Shown here in pieces: positions 37,072 through 47,996 of a stretch of 61,724 nucleotides of DNA. The stretch spans positions 64,001 to 125,724 of the forward strand of contig DAOTTV010000078.1 of assembly GCA_034437755.1 (NCBI GenBank), read 5' to 3'. Source of the DNA: Anaerolineae bacterium (lineage in GTDB: Bacteria > Chloroflexota > Anaerolineae > Aggregatilineales > Phototrophicaceae). Position numbers and translations under genes: made by a program. The notes under the pieces were generated by a model. That model had not been told where the DNA came from. It made no database searches and worked only from the letters and a program-made list of their open reading frames with translations. Positions within the stretch are counted from its first letter, which is position 1; the number at the start of each line of letters is the position of its first letter.

Positions 37072-38799
37072 GTGAAACGACTCTCAGTAGCAGTACAGCA
37101 CCTCATCATACAGGGGATAGAAAACGCGCAAGAAGCCGGCGACCTGCCCGCTTTCGCGCTTCCCGCAATCAACGTCAGCTCGCCGAAGCGTGACGATCAG
37201 GGCGATTATGCCTATCCAGCAATGCCACTGGCAAAACTAGGGAAGAAAGCCCCACGGGCAATTGCCGAAGACATCGTCAAGCACATGCCCGCGGCAGACT
37301 TCATTGAAAAGGTCGAGATTGCCGGTCCCGGCTTCATCAATCTGTACGTCTCAGAGACCTATCTCAAGCAGCAAGTCGAGACAATCATTGCTGAAGGAAG
37401 CGATGATCTCTTCACGCTTGATCTAGGCGCAGAACAGCGCGCACAGGTCGAATTCGTCAGCGCGAATCCGAGCGGGCCGGTCACGCTCGGTCATACCCGT
37501 AATGCGGTCGTTGGGGATGCGATGGCGCGCCTGCTGACAGCGGCGGGCTACGCTGTCCAGCGCGAATATTACTTCAATAACGCCGGTCAGCAGATGATTA
37601 AGCTCGGCAAGACCTTACAGGCGCGCTACCTGCAAGCGCTGGGCGAAGCAGTCGCGATCCCTGAAGATGGCTATAAGGGAACATATCTGATCGAAATCGC
37701 ACAGGATTTAGTGGCGAAACAGGGCGATGCGCTGAAGAACGACGATTGGGAGACCTTCAAAGATATCGCAGAAACGCGCATGTTCGACTGGATTAAAGAA
37801 TCGCTGACGAAGATCGACGTGGCACACGATGCCTTCTTCAACGAAGATAGCCTCTTCCAGACGAAAGCCGTATGGGAGACGCTGGATCAACTCCAGCAAA
37901 ATGGCTACATCTACGAGGATATTGTGTGGGAAGGCGCGGACGCAGACGAACGCGCTGATGCCGAAGCGAAGAATTATCAAGCGGCGAAGTGGTTTCGCTC
38001 ATCCAAGCTGGGCGATGATAAAGATCGCGTCGTCGTCAAGAGCGATGGTACGCCAACTTATACCATGCCAGATATCGCCTACCATAAGAACAAGCTCGAG
38101 CGTGGTTTCGATATAGCTGTGAATGTGCTGGGCGCTGATCATTACACACAGGCACAAGTCGTGCGGCGCGGCGTAGAGGCACTCGGTCTATCGTCCGACC
38201 CCATCAACGTGATCTTAATCCAGATGGTGAAAGCCGTGCATACCGACCCCGAAACCGGCGAGAAAGCGGAACTGAAAGAGAGCAAACGCGCAGGCACCTT
38301 CACCACGCTCGATGATCTCGTCGACCTGACGGGCGCTGACCCCATTCGTTATTACATGCTCGAGCGCAGTCCCAGTTCACAACTGACCTTCGATGTCGAT
38401 GAAGCGGTGAAGCAGAGCAATGAAAATCCGGTGTATTATATCCAGAACGCGCATGTCCGGTGCTGTGGGATTTTCCGCGAGGCAGACGAGCGCGGCTTCG
38501 ATGATGCGGGGGCTGATTTGAGCTTGCTCGGTGACGATGAACTGACGTTCATCCGTAAGACGCTCGAACTCGGTGACGTGATCGAACTGGCAGTGACAAC
38601 TTACGAACCACATAAGATCGCGCATTACGCGCAAGAACTCGCGTCGATCTTCCACCCGATTTATGACCGTGTGCGCGTTCTACACGGCGATGTCCCTGAA
38701 GACCTCGCTAAAGCCCGCCTACGCTTTTACAAAGCGGCACAGATCGTCTTTGAGCGCGTGTTACGCCTGATGGGCATGTCGGCACCGGAGCGGATGTAA
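37072..38799 (+). CDS. argS: Arginine--tRNA ligase.
   Basis: GTG start. 'VEIAGPGFINLYV', 'SANPSGPVTLGHTRNAVVGD' (HIGH region) and the C-terminal DALR anticodon-binding domain. Confidence 0.9.
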   Translation: MKRLSVAVQHLIIQGIENAQEAGDLPAFALPAINVSSPKRDDQGDYAYPAMPLAKLGKKAPRAIAEDIVKHMPAADFIEKVEIAGPGFINLYVSETYLKQQVETIIAEGSDDLFTLDLGAEQRAQVEFVSANPSGPVTLGHTRNAVVGDAMARLLTAAGYAVQREYYFNNAGQQMIKLGKTLQARYLQALGEAVAIPEDGYKGTYLIEIAQDLVAKQGDALKNDDWETFKDIAETRMFDWIKESLTKIDVAHDAFFNEDSLFQTKAVWETLDQLQQNGYIYEDIVWEGADADERADAEAKNYQAAKWFRSSKLGDDKDRVVVKSDGTPTYTMPDIAYHKNKLERGFDIAVNVLGADHYTQAQVVRRGVEALGLSSDPINVILIQMVKAVHTDPETGEKAELKESKRAGTFTTLDDLVDLTGADPIRYYMLERSPSSQLTFDVDEAVKQSNENPVYYIQNAHVRCCGIFREADERGFDDAGADLSLLGDDELTFIRKTLELGDVIELAVTTYEPHKIAHYAQELASIFHPIYDRVRVLHGDVPEDLAKARLRFYKAAQIVFERVLRLMGMSAPERM

Positions 38800-38848
38800 A
38801 CCAAAGCCACAATATTAATGAGTTAAAGACGAGACGAAGGAGAGACAT

Positions 38849-39421
38849 ATGGGCTTAAAACCGGATCACTGGATACGCGAGATGGCACAAAAGCACGGCA
38901 TGATTGACCCCTTCGTCGAAGGATTAGTTGGTGAAGGCGTGATTAGCTATGGGTTATCATCGTATGGCTACGATATGCGGATCGCGGATGAATACAAAAT
39001 CTTCACGAACGTCTATTCTGAAGTCGTTGACCCGAAGAACTTCTCCCCGAATGCCTTTGTTGATTTTCAGGGCGATGTCTGTGTGATACCGCCGAATAGC
39101 TTCGTCCTAGCACGTTCAATAGAATATTTTCGTATTCCACGCACGACCTTATGTGTATGTCTTGGGAAAAGTACCTATGCAAGAACGGGGTTAATCGTGA
39201 ATGTAACGCCTTTTGAACCGCAATTCGAGGGACATATCACGATTGAAATCAGCAATACGACACCCCTCCCCGCGAAAGTCTATTCCAACGAAGGGATTTC
39301 GCAGGTGCTATTCTTCGAAGCGGATGACGAGTGCGAGACATCCTATGCCGAGCGCAAGGGCAAATATCAGGGGCAGACAGGTGTCACGCCGCCCCGGATT
39401 TTAAAGCAAGATCACGATTAA
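38849..39421 (+). CDS. dcd: dCTP deaminase.
   Basis: '[20 protein letters not shown]' and 'SSYGYDMR' match the Dcd family. Confidence 0.85.
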   Translation: MGLKPDHWIREMAQKHGMIDPFVEGLVGEGVISYGLSSYGYDMRIADEYKIFTNVYSEVVDPKNFSPNAFVDFQGDVCVIPPNSFVLARSIEYFRIPRTTLCVCLGKSTYARTGLIVNVTPFEPQFEGHITIEISNTTPLPAKVYSNEGISQVLFFEADDECETSYAERKGKYQGQTGVTPPRILKQDHD

Positions 39422-41205
39422 TCGCCTGCGGCAGGGAGCGACTCGCCCATTTGCACGCGCCACAGCGTGGCATAGATCCCATCGCCCTGTGTCAGCTCAT
39501 CGTGCTTGCCCTGTTCTTTCAGGCGACCTTGCTCTAACACGAAGATGCGATCGGCGTTACGTACGGTACTCAGGCGATGCGCGATCACAATCGTCGTGCG
39601 CCCGATAGCGATGCGCTCTAGCGACCGTTGAATAGCGGCTTCGGTTTCGTTATCAACCGAGGATGTCGCTTCGTCGAAGATCAGTATCGGCGGGTCTTTG
39701 AGGACGGCACGCGCGATGCTGATGCGCTGACGCTGACCGCCGGACAACTTTTGCCCACGCTCACCGACGATCGTATCGTAGCCTTGTGGCAGTGACATGA
39801 TGAAATCGTGTGCTTCGGCGATTTGCGCGGCTTCGATGATGGCATCGTCATCCGCGTCGAACGACCCGTAAGCGATGTTCTCGCGCACTGTGCCATGAAA
39901 TAAGAACACATCCTGACTCACGAGGCCGATCGCATGGCGCAGATCGCGCATTGTCAGGTCGCGCACATCGTGCCCATCGACGGTGATCGCCCCGCTTTCG
40001 ACATCGTAGAAGCGCAGAAGCAACTTGATAATCGTACTCTTGCCCGCGCCCGTCGCGCCGACGATGGCCGCTGTCGCGCCCGCTGGAATGTGAAACGATA
40101 AGCCTTTGAGGACATCGGCCCCGTTACCGTAAGCGAAGCGTACGTCGTCGAAGCGTAAATCGCCATCGACATCCGTTGTTGGCAGGGCGCGCTCGCCATC
40201 GGTCAGCTCTGCCGGCGTATCCATCAGATCGAGAATACGCTCGGTCGATGCCATCGCCCGCTGATACTGGTCGAATGTTTCGCCGAGGCTCGTGAGGGGC
40301 CACAGCAAGCGTTGCGTCATGAAGATCAATACGCTGTAGATCGCGACTGGCAACTCGCCCGCTAGCGTCAGACGACCGCCAAAGACCATGATCGCGATGA
40401 AACCGGCGACAATCGCCATGCGAATTAAGGGGGAGAAAGCGGAACTGAGGATGATCGCCTTGCGGTTGCGCTCTTGATACTCGTTGCTCGCGTTCTGGAT
40501 GCGCTGAACTTCGTGCGTCTCAGCTGTGAAGCTCTTGATGGTGGCGATGCCGCTGAGATTATTCGACAGCTGGGTATTGAGCAGACCGACCTGCTCGCGC
40601 ACGGCGCTGTAGCGCGGGCCTAGCGTCTTCTGGAACCAGACCGACCCGTAGACGATAATCGGCATCGGCAATACTGCCATCCATGCTACGCTCGGCGCGG
40701 TGAATACGAAAATCGCCCCGATGACGAGAATCGCCGTGATCACTTGCAGGATATTATTCGCGCCGATGTCCAAAAAGCGTTCGAGCTGGTTAATATCGTC
40801 GTTGAGGATCGCCATCAAGCCGCCAGTACTGCGATCTTCAAAGTAAGCCATCTCTAAGCCCTGTACGTGTTCGTAGGCTTCGAGGCGCATCTCATGCTGT
40901 ACCGTCTGGGCGAGGTTGCGCCAGTAGATGCGGTGGGCATACTCGAACAGCGATTCCAGCACCCAGACGACAAGCGTGACCGCCGCCAGCACGTACAGTT
41001 GTTGCTCCAGGGTCGGGATACCGAGACGTGCAAAGAGCGAATTCTCCCGATTGACCACAATCTCGATCGCCGCGCCGATTAGAGCAGGCGGCGCAATATC
41101 AAAAATCTTATTGAGAATCGAAAACGCGACGGCGGCGTTCAAACGTCCGCGATGAGGTCGCATATACTCGATTAAGCGCACGATTGATGCGGGTTTATCT
41201 GCCAT
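39418..41205 (-). CDS. ABC exporter with fused permease and ATPase (MsbA-like).
   Basis: Walker A 'GATGAGKST', signature 'LSGGQRQR' and Walker B 'LIFDEATS', with an N-terminal TM domain. Confidence 0.9.
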   Translation of the reverse strand: MADKPASIVRLIEYMRPHRGRLNAAVAFSILNKIFDIAPPALIGAAIEIVVNRENSLFARLGIPTLEQQLYVLAAVTLVVWVLESLFEYAHRIYWRNLAQTVQHEMRLEAYEHVQGLEMAYFEDRSTGGLMAILNDDINQLERFLDIGANNILQVITAILVIGAIFVFTAPSVAWMAVLPMPIIVYGSVWFQKTLGPRYSAVREQVGLLNTQLSNNLSGIATIKSFTAETHEVQRIQNASNEYQERNRKAIILSSAFSPLIRMAIVAGFIAIMVFGGRLTLAGELPVAIYSVLIFMTQRLLWPLTSLGETFDQYQRAMASTERILDLMDTPAELTDGERALPTTDVDGDLRFDDVRFAYGNGADVLKGLSFHIPAGATAAIVGATGAGKSTIIKLLLRFYDVESGAITVDGHDVRDLTMRDLRHAIGLVSQDVFLFHGTVRENIAYGSFDADDDAIIEAAQIAEAHDFIMSLPQGYDTIVGERGQKLSGGQRQRISIARAVLKDPPILIFDEATSSVDNETEAAIQRSLERIAIGRTTIVIAHRLSTVRNADRIFVLEQGRLKEQGKHDELTQGDGIYATLWRVQMGESLPAAGD

Positions 41206-41335
41206 AATCCCTCTCTTGTGTTGATAAAGTCATGGGGATGACGTGCGTCATCGCCCATGACGATTGTTACATGGAGCAATACTGTACTCAATCAAGATGA
41301 TAATGAGCTAAATGGTGTTAGACCATTGACGGGCA

Positions 41336-42025
41336 TCAGGTTTGTGTCCCCTGCTTGGCGAGTTCGTCGGCGACATCGTTCCACTTGACACCGGTATGAC
41401 TTTCGACCTTGTGCCAGTGGATGGTCAGGTCAATCGCACGCATGTATGCGACATATTCGCGGGCGACGGGGCTATTCGCTTTCCACTTGCCTCTTGCCCA
41501 TTGTTCAATGCCTTTGTAATCGTAATAAATATCGATCGCGGCAATATCATGCGTTTGACAGTAGGCGACGACACGCATTGTCGCCGTTAGTTCACCGCCA
41601 ATCTGCCGTGATTTTGTATGTGTGGTCACCCGTCCTGATAGGCGCGTCATTTCTTCGCCCTCATGTAGGATGACTGCGCCATAGCCGATCGTGCGCGTGT
41701 GCGCGTTATATGAGCCATCGACATAGGCTTGATAGGGCGTTTTCGGCGGCGTGACGGGTTTCGGTGCTGGCGGCGGAGCGTCTTCTAGCATTTGCCAGAG
41801 GTCGATCACATCCGGCGGCGTTTTGCCCTGCGCCACGAGCTTGAACGATTGCTTCTTCGGGCTGTAATAGAGGTTAAATGTGCCGTGGGCATCCGTCGTC
41901 AGCTTGACGTGATACTCACGCCATGAGTTTTCGTCAATCGTCGCGGTGATTGCGCGCCGAGCTTGTAATTGATCGATGAATGCCTGTGCTTTTTGTCGGA
42001 TTTGTGCGGCGTATGGCGATGACAT
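41336..42025 (-). CDS. RNase H (type 1)-family protein with an unrecognised N-terminal domain of about 110 aa.
   Basis: The C-terminal half has the DEDD catalytic residues in 'AYVDGSY', 'GGELTA', 'IYYDYKG' and 'NDVADELAKQG'. The N-terminal half is not a canonical hybrid-binding domain. Confidence 0.65.
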   Translation of the reverse strand: MSSPYAAQIRQKAQAFIDQLQARRAITATIDENSWREYHVKLTTDAHGTFNLYYSPKKQSFKLVAQGKTPPDVIDLWQMLEDAPPPAPKPVTPPKTPYQAYVDGSYNAHTRTIGYGAVILHEGEEMTRLSGRVTTHTKSRQIGGELTATMRVVAYCQTHDIAAIDIYYDYKGIEQWARGKWKANSPVAREYVAYMRAIDLTIHWHKVESHTGVKWNDVADELAKQGTQT

Positions 42026-42133
42026 GCTCGCTCCTTATTGTATTATCGAGTTGCTCAGCGTGATTCTGCATTGTACAGCACGATCGTTCGTGCGAATACG
42101 ACTCATTTTCGCAGATCCAGCAGACACATGCCC

Positions 42134-42162
42134 TTGACGCTGTTATAAAGTCGGAGTATTAT
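42134..42162 (+). promoter_or_regulatory. Sigma-70-type promoter for tRNA-Val.
   Basis: TTGACG, 17-nt spacer, TATTAT, ending 13 nt before the tRNA 5' end. Confidence 0.5.
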
Positions 42163-42174
42163 TTTCTCAGTTGA

Positions 42175-42247
42175 GGGCGGTTAGCTCAATTGGCAGAGCA
42201 TGTCGCTTACACCGACAGTGTTATAGGTTCGAGTCCTATACTGCCCA
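42175..42247 (+). tRNA. tRNA-Val (anticodon TAC).
   Basis: Acceptor GGGCGGT/ACTGCCC with one G-U pair, D-arm GCTC..GAGC, anticodon loop CTTACAC, T-arm ATAGGTTCGAGTCCTAT and discriminator A. No CCA is encoded. Confidence 0.9.
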
Positions 42248-42258
42248 CAAAAACAGAC

Positions 42259-42286
42259 GAACACTCGCAGGCGCGAGTGTTTTTTG
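42259..42286 (+). terminator. Rho-independent terminator after tRNA-Val.
   Basis: AACACTCGC-aggc-GCGAGTGTT followed by TTTTTG. Confidence 0.75.
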
Positions 42287-42411
42287 ATTCTGGTGGTTTT
42301 TTATATATCATGCCGTTATAATATTCAAACTCATCATATACTGATTGGCTAGATCAGCCATTATCGTTTACAATGATGCATATTACGACTTAGTTGCATA
42401 GGCGTTTGATT

Positions 42412-43119
42412 ATGGTAACAGCCGTAGAAGATAAAGATTTGAATATTCTCATCGTTGAAGATGATGAAGATACTGCCGAGGTGGTCTGCACACTCTTGGA
42501 GGATGCCGGTTTCCAGACGGCGGCTGTCGATACGGGGAATGATGCGATCAGCAAAATCTCGAAGAAAGCGCCTGATCTGGTGCTTCTCGATTTAAACTTG
42601 CCCGACATCAACGGCATTGATGTTCTGCGGCATGTGCGTTCACATTCATCCTTACCCTTAATCGTCCTCAGTGGCTTCGGCAAAGACCGCGATCGGGTTG
42701 TCGCGCTCGAAGCAGGCGCGGATGATTACATGGGCAAGCCCTTCTCGCCAGAGGAATTAGTCGCACGCGTCAAAGCCCTGTTACGACGTGTCGAATGGAC
42801 ACCCAAGCCCGAGACACACATCAACGTTCGTGATCTTGAGCTAGATATGCCCCGCCGTCAGGCGACGATTCGCGGTCGCAAGCTCCATCTGACACCGATC
42901 GAATACGGCATCCTCGTGTTGCTGATGCGTAATGCCGGCCATGTCGTCACCCATGCCGAGCTTCTGCGCGCGGTCTGGGGTGGGCAATACGAAGGTGATT
43001 TTTCGGTCTTGCGCGTCAATATCTCGCGCCTGCGCCAGAAGCTCGAAGAGAACCAGCGCCGCCCATCCTATATCGTGACCGCACCCGGACAGGGCTATTG
43101 GATGCCAACCAATCGCTAA
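42412..43119 (+). CDS. OmpR/PhoB-family response regulator (receiver plus winged-helix).
   Basis: 'ILIVEDDED..VLLDLNLPDINGIDV' is the receiver domain. The C-terminal 'LTPIEYGILVLLMRNAGHVVTHAELLRAVWG' is the winged helix. A TTG start at 42394 is an alternative. Confidence 0.85.
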   Translation: MVTAVEDKDLNILIVEDDEDTAEVVCTLLEDAGFQTAAVDTGNDAISKISKKAPDLVLLDLNLPDINGIDVLRHVRSHSSLPLIVLSGFGKDRDRVVALEAGADDYMGKPFSPEELVARVKALLRRVEWTPKPETHINVRDLELDMPRRQATIRGRKLHLTPIEYGILVLLMRNAGHVVTHAELLRAVWGGQYEGDFSVLRVNISRLRQKLEENQRRPSYIVTAPGQGYWMPTNR

Positions 43120-43234
43120 CGGATTATTCGCGCATTTCGTGCGTGTCTACTATCATACAGCAATAGTGATTGCCCGCTCATGAGCAGATTAAGGCGCAAT
43201 CATTCTATTACATACCAATGTAGATAGGCACGAG

Positions 43235-43987
43235 ATGGATAATGCATATCAAGTCTTAGCGTCCGTTCATGATGAATTAGGCATGGGTGATTATGGCGAG
43301 CGCATGACCCCCCAAATTTTCACGTTGGCACAACAAAATGGGTGGTTTGGTCGGCAAGTGATGGATTTAGGCTGTGGCACCGGCGCGAGCCTGACGTATC
43401 TCGCCCGCCACGGGTACATCAGCACCGGTGTTGATTACACACCAGCCATGATTGAACTCGCCCAATCGACTGTCGATGAAAACCAAGCGAGCCTGACATG
43501 GGTCGAGCAAGATATTCGTCAGCTACACGATGTCGATCAGCAGGATTTAGTGCTATCACTCGAGACGCTGTGTGAACTCAAAAGCCTGCGCGAGCTAGAG
43601 ACAGTCTTCAAAGTTGTCTATCAATACCTGCGGGCGGACAAGTGGTTCATCTTCAACTTGCACACCATCGAAGGGTTAATCCAACGCCACAACGCCGGCG
43701 ATATGCTAATCCACGATGCACCTGATCTGATGATTGTTGCCCGCAATAGCCACAGCTACGAAAAGCAAATCCAGCGCCGGACGTATACAATCTTCCGGCA
43801 AGGGACGGATGACCACTGGTCACGCCAGCGGGCGACGCGAGTGCTACGGGCGTATCCGATACAGGGGGTGACGACGCTCATCAAGCGATGCGGGTTCGAG
43901 GTTTTACACGTCTACAACGACGATCTCGCCCTCTATAAACCCGACGAATCAACCAACAGGGTACTCATCATAGCGCAAAAAAGCTAA
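43235..43987 (+). CDS. Class I SAM-dependent methyltransferase.
   Basis: Motif I 'VMDLGCGTGAS'. Confidence 0.7.
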   Translation: MDNAYQVLASVHDELGMGDYGERMTPQIFTLAQQNGWFGRQVMDLGCGTGASLTYLARHGYISTGVDYTPAMIELAQSTVDENQASLTWVEQDIRQLHDVDQQDLVLSLETLCELKSLRELETVFKVVYQYLRADKWFIFNLHTIEGLIQRHNAGDMLIHDAPDLMIVARNSHSYEKQIQRRTYTIFRQGTDDHWSRQRATRVLRAYPIQGVTTLIKRCGFEVLHVYNDDLALYKPDESTNRVLIIAQKS

Positions 43988-44129
43988 AATGCGTTCTGAT
44001 TGGTTATTCATCAAAGTTATAGATTCTTACAGCACAATCAGTTGTGATGACATACACTGAGTCCCGCAGGCGGGTATTGTTCGCTTGCGCGGGATTACAC
44101 ACCACCTTGTTGAGTAGTTAGGATTAGTC

Positions 44130-44819
44130 ATGATCGCATCAAGTAACCCCACCCCTGAAAAACGCAAAAGCGGCGAGATTACTTTCCCCGTTGATGCTGA
44201 ACACGCCGGCATCCGCGTGACGGGGTGTACATCATTCATCGCTATTTTCATCGCCAGCTTCTTGCTGATGACGATGCTCATCCAGAATATCGTCGTGCTA
44301 GCGGGCATTATCGGCGTTGTGATTGCCGGTGGCTCAGCCACGTTGATCGAACGGACGTTACGTGGGCGCTGGGCAAGTGGGCGCGAGTTACACGCCGACA
44401 CCGACGCGATTCGTATCACTGATAAAGGCGAGACCGAGCGCAAGATCGACCCGAGTCTACAGGTTAATATGCTAGCGTGGCACTTCACGACTAAACGTGC
44501 TTCACGTGTGAAGAAAGGCTGGCACGTCATCGGGCTGGCGCTAGAGCAAGATGGCGAATTCGTGCCGGCGTATACCTTTGCCGCGCCGGATACTTTCGAT
44601 GCGTGGGAATACGCCGATCTCTTCACGAAGTTGGCGAAAGACAAGAAGCGCAACGACGATAACAAATCCGTGATGAACATGCGTCATGCCGGTGAGCAAC
44701 GTCGCCTGCGAGAAGCCGAGCAGGATCGCGGTATTTTCGGCGCTGAGATGACATTCGAGCAATTCAACCGTTACATCCAATTTTTGCAAACACACTACCC
44801 TGATTGGATGAGCAAGTGA
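44130..44819 (+). CDS. Membrane protein with a TM hairpin followed by a cytoplasmic domain of about 120 aa (possibly a bacterial PH-like bPH_2 domain); hypothetical.
   Basis: Two adjacent TM helices, 'FIAIFIASFLLMTMLIQNIVVLAGIIGVVIAGG', then a soluble domain. Confidence 0.45.
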   Translation: MIASSNPTPEKRKSGEITFPVDAEHAGIRVTGCTSFIAIFIASFLLMTMLIQNIVVLAGIIGVVIAGGSATLIERTLRGRWASGRELHADTDAIRITDKGETERKIDPSLQVNMLAWHFTTKRASRVKKGWHVIGLALEQDGEFVPAYTFAAPDTFDAWEYADLFTKLAKDKKRNDDNKSVMNMRHAGEQRRLREAEQDRGIFGAEMTFEQFNRYIQFLQTHYPDWMSK

Positions 44820-44822
44820 CCG

Positions 44823-46340
44823 ATGCGCCGTCTGTTTCTGCTGTTGTGGTTGGGCTGTGTTTGTGCGTCGGGCTTCGTCGTCCAAACACAGGCGGACATC
44901 ACCCGTAACGAACCGTTCGTCAGTCAGATCACCAGCGGTGATCAGCAACGGTATCGCTTCATCGCGCAGGATGGCGAAGTGCTATCGATTGTCGCACGGG
45001 CTATCGATGGCGACGTTGATCCGGTCATTGCGATTCTCGATCTGAACGATACCCGGCTCATGGACAACGATGATGTTGCTTACCCCGACCATACCGACGC
45101 TATCATCGAAGCCTTCACTGCGCCGTACACGGGCGCTTACACGCTGGTCGTCAGCGCGTACGGCGCGACTGCTGGCGCGGTTGAAGTCACGTTGCTCCAG
45201 GGATATAGCGAAACCGCCCTGCGCGACACGTTCGAGATGGCGGGGGCGTGGGCACTCGCTGATCTCGATACGCCGAATGCGCCCCAACTGAGCCACAGCG
45301 ACGGACAACTGACCCTGGCACAGCGTGGGATCGCTCAACCGGCGCTGGCAATCGGCTTGCAAACCACCAGCGATGTCTACTACACCAGCACAACCATCAC
45401 CGGCATTGACGGGGCGCAGGGGTGGCGTGTCGGGTTGGTCTTCGCTTATCAGGACGCACAGAATTACTATCAAGTGCTGGTCAACGATCAGGGGGCATGG
45501 CGTATGAGCGCAGTAATCGACGGTGAGAGTCGTCTCCTGCGCGATTGGACACCCCACCCCGCCATCCGCGCCGGACAGACCGCCTTCACGCTCGGCGTGC
45601 TGGTCAACGGCGCAGGGTTCGACGTTTTCTATAACAATCAGTACATCGGCAAAGAACGCGATAACGCGCTCACGGGTGGCATGGTCGGGCTGATGATCAA
45701 CACAGCAAACGCGATCGGCAGTGAGGTAAGCGCCCGTTATGATCGCATCGTGGTGACGAGACCGGCGCGCATTGACGATGATTACATCTTCCCGTCGCAA
45801 ATTCTGACATCGAATCCGAACGACATCATGCGCGAACTCGAACACCGCCTGCTCTTCCCGACGGGGGGCACGCTGATTTTCAACATTGGCGAGAGCTTCG
45901 TGCAGAACATCAGCGCGGGCATCAGTCGCTTCCCAGTCGGGAGTCAACGGGCGACGAATTTCGTCGTCGGCGCGGATGTATCGTGGCAACAGACGGGTGA
46001 CACGCTCAACGGATGCGGGTTAGTCCTACGCGATGTCGGGCAGGAAGATGTCTATCTGCTAGTCTATGTCGATAGCGCCGGTGGCTATGGTATCAGCGCC
46101 CGCGAGAACGATCAATTCGTGGCGAATTACTTCAACACTCAGCTGGATCTCGGACAACCGCCCTACCGCTTAGTCGTCATTGCGGATGCGGGTCGCGTTC
46201 ATTACTACATCAACGGTCAGCATGTTCATTCGCTAGCGTATGCCGTGCGCGATGGTGACATCGGGCAGGCGATCATCAATTATCAAGAGATGAGTACCAC
46301 CTGTCAGTACAATAATTTGTGGTTATGGCGGCTTGATTGA
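44823..46340 (+). CDS. Secreted protein with a PPC-like N-terminal domain and tandem concanavalin/LamG-like (DUF1080-type) beta-sandwich domains.
   Basis: Signal peptide 'LFLLLWLGCVCASGFVVQTQA'. 'GWRVGLVFAYQD..YYQVLVND' and 'GCGLVLRD..VYLLVYVD' are repeated jelly-roll signatures. The gene starts 3 nt after the upstream gene. Confidence 0.55.
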   Translation: MRRLFLLLWLGCVCASGFVVQTQADITRNEPFVSQITSGDQQRYRFIAQDGEVLSIVARAIDGDVDPVIAILDLNDTRLMDNDDVAYPDHTDAIIEAFTAPYTGAYTLVVSAYGATAGAVEVTLLQGYSETALRDTFEMAGAWALADLDTPNAPQLSHSDGQLTLAQRGIAQPALAIGLQTTSDVYYTSTTITGIDGAQGWRVGLVFAYQDAQNYYQVLVNDQGAWRMSAVIDGESRLLRDWTPHPAIRAGQTAFTLGVLVNGAGFDVFYNNQYIGKERDNALTGGMVGLMINTANAIGSEVSARYDRIVVTRPARIDDDYIFPSQILTSNPNDIMRELEHRLLFPTGGTLIFNIGESFVQNISAGISRFPVGSQRATNFVVGADVSWQQTGDTLNGCGLVLRDVGQEDVYLLVYVDSAGGYGISARENDQFVANYFNTQLDLGQPPYRLVVIADAGRVHYYINGQHVHSLAYAVRDGDIGQAIINYQEMSTTCQYNNLWLWRLD

Positions 46341-46389
46341 CGGCGTTTCGCATATCTAAATCTAACACTCTGCATGTTAGACTTTTTAT

Positions 46390-47973
46390 ATGTTAAGTTT
46401 GCCAGATTATCCAGTTCGACAACGAGACTTTCTGCTCGAGATTTCACGCGCTATCACTTCGCGGCTCGATACGGGCGAAGTTTTACGGCGCGTCTTACGT
46501 GCATCGGTGGTGATGACCGTCGGGCGCGTGGGGTTAATCGCCCTGCGTGACGAGAAAGACGATCAATTCTATGTGCGCGCCTTCACCGGCGTTCAACGCG
46601 AGGCCATCCCACAAATTGATGCGTATCTCCATGAAATTATCGAGAGCGCGACCCCCGATAACTTTTACGAGTATCTGAATGCGAAGCTCAGCGAGATGGC
46701 AGTCGAGATTGACGACACCCTGCGACAATCGGTCGCGATGCCTTTGATCTTCGATAAGAAGCCACTCGGTTTGCTGATCGTCTTTCGCTCATACGAAGCT
46801 GAGGTCACGCAGAACGACTTACAAATCCTGCATAGCTTTGCCGATCAAGCGGCGATCGCTGTCCACAATGCCCAACTTTACGAGCGCATTGAAAACGAGC
46901 GCAAGCGGCTATCTGCCCTGTTGCAATATAGTGGCGATGGCGTGATGATTCTGGATGCACATCTGACTGTGCTACAGGTCAATAAAGCCTTTGAACATAT
47001 GACAGCGTGGTCAGGCGAGGATGTCGTCGGGTGTCACGTCACGGATGTCATTCGCTGGGATGCGCTGGTGGGCGAAGATTTGCCAGATGCGATCGATGCA
47101 GGCTGGCCCCAACCGCAGACGGACAATCGCTCCGACACGTTATACGTAGAAGGCGATCTCGCCCGTCGCGATGGTCTCGCCTTGAGCATCGGCATCACTT
47201 ACGCGCCCCTATTCGACAATGACAGTCAGCTGGCGACGATCATCGCCAATATCCGCGACATCACCAACTTTCGTAAGGCGCAGGAGATGCAAAACGTCTT
47301 CATCTCGACCATCTCGCACGAACTGCGAACACCGGTCGCGCTCATCAAGGGCTATGCCAATACGCTCAACCGCGAGGATGCTAGGTGGGATGTCAACGTC
47401 GTGCGTAACAGCCTCGGCATTATTGAAGAAGAAGCCGACCGCTTGACAGTGTTGATTGACGATCTGTTGACGGCTAGCAAAATCCAAGCCGAGCGCGATG
47501 TTCAACTGGCGCTGGATGATGTCCGCCTCGATCAGATGGCGCAACAAGCGATTGAACGCTTTCGGACGCAATCGCCCAATCATCAGTTCGTCTTCAGCTT
47601 TGTCGATCACTTCCCGGCGATTGCTGGTGATGCTAAATTACTCCGGCAAGTGCTGGATAATCTGCTGACGAACGCGATCAAATACTCGCCCGAAGGTGGC
47701 ACCGTCACCATTGGCGGGCGCTATAACGAGCAGGATGTTAAAGTATTTGTGCGTGACGAAGGCGTTGGCATCAGCGAGGCAGAACAGGCGCACGTTTTCG
47801 ACCGTTTCTATCGCGTCGATAATAACTTGACGAGCAAGACCAAAGGCACCGGTCTCGGCTTATATCTGGTCAAGGCGATTATTGAAGCGCACGGCGGCGA
47901 GATACACGTCAAAAGTCAACCCTCGCATGGTTCTACATTCTATTTTAGCCTACCACGCGATGAACCCGCATAA
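46390..47973 (+). CDS. Cytoplasmic sensor histidine kinase (GAF, PAS, HisKA, HATPase_c).
   Basis: H-box 'ISTISHELRTPVALI', N-box 'LLTNAIKYS', 'DEGVGI' and 'GTGLGL'. Confidence 0.85.
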   Translation: MLSLPDYPVRQRDFLLEISRAITSRLDTGEVLRRVLRASVVMTVGRVGLIALRDEKDDQFYVRAFTGVQREAIPQIDAYLHEIIESATPDNFYEYLNAKLSEMAVEIDDTLRQSVAMPLIFDKKPLGLLIVFRSYEAEVTQNDLQILHSFADQAAIAVHNAQLYERIENERKRLSALLQYSGDGVMILDAHLTVLQVNKAFEHMTAWSGEDVVGCHVTDVIRWDALVGEDLPDAIDAGWPQPQTDNRSDTLYVEGDLARRDGLALSIGITYAPLFDNDSQLATIIANIRDITNFRKAQEMQNVFISTISHELRTPVALIKGYANTLNREDARWDVNVVRNSLGIIEEEADRLTVLIDDLLTASKIQAERDVQLALDDVRLDQMAQQAIERFRTQSPNHQFVFSFVDHFPAIAGDAKLLRQVLDNLLTNAIKYSPEGGTVTIGGRYNEQDVKVFVRDEGVGISEAEQAHVFDRFYRVDNNLTSKTKGTGLGLYLVKAIIEAHGGEIHVKSQPSHGSTFYFSLPRDEPA

Positions 47974-47996
47974 TCAATCTAAATTTTGGAGATTCT

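Noticed and set aside
44982-45989. A 335-aa minus-strand ORF.
   Set aside because: It lies entirely inside the well-supported secreted LamG-like gene on the plus strand. It is Arg/Asp-rich, which is the translation expected from GC-rich antisense, and has no RBS.
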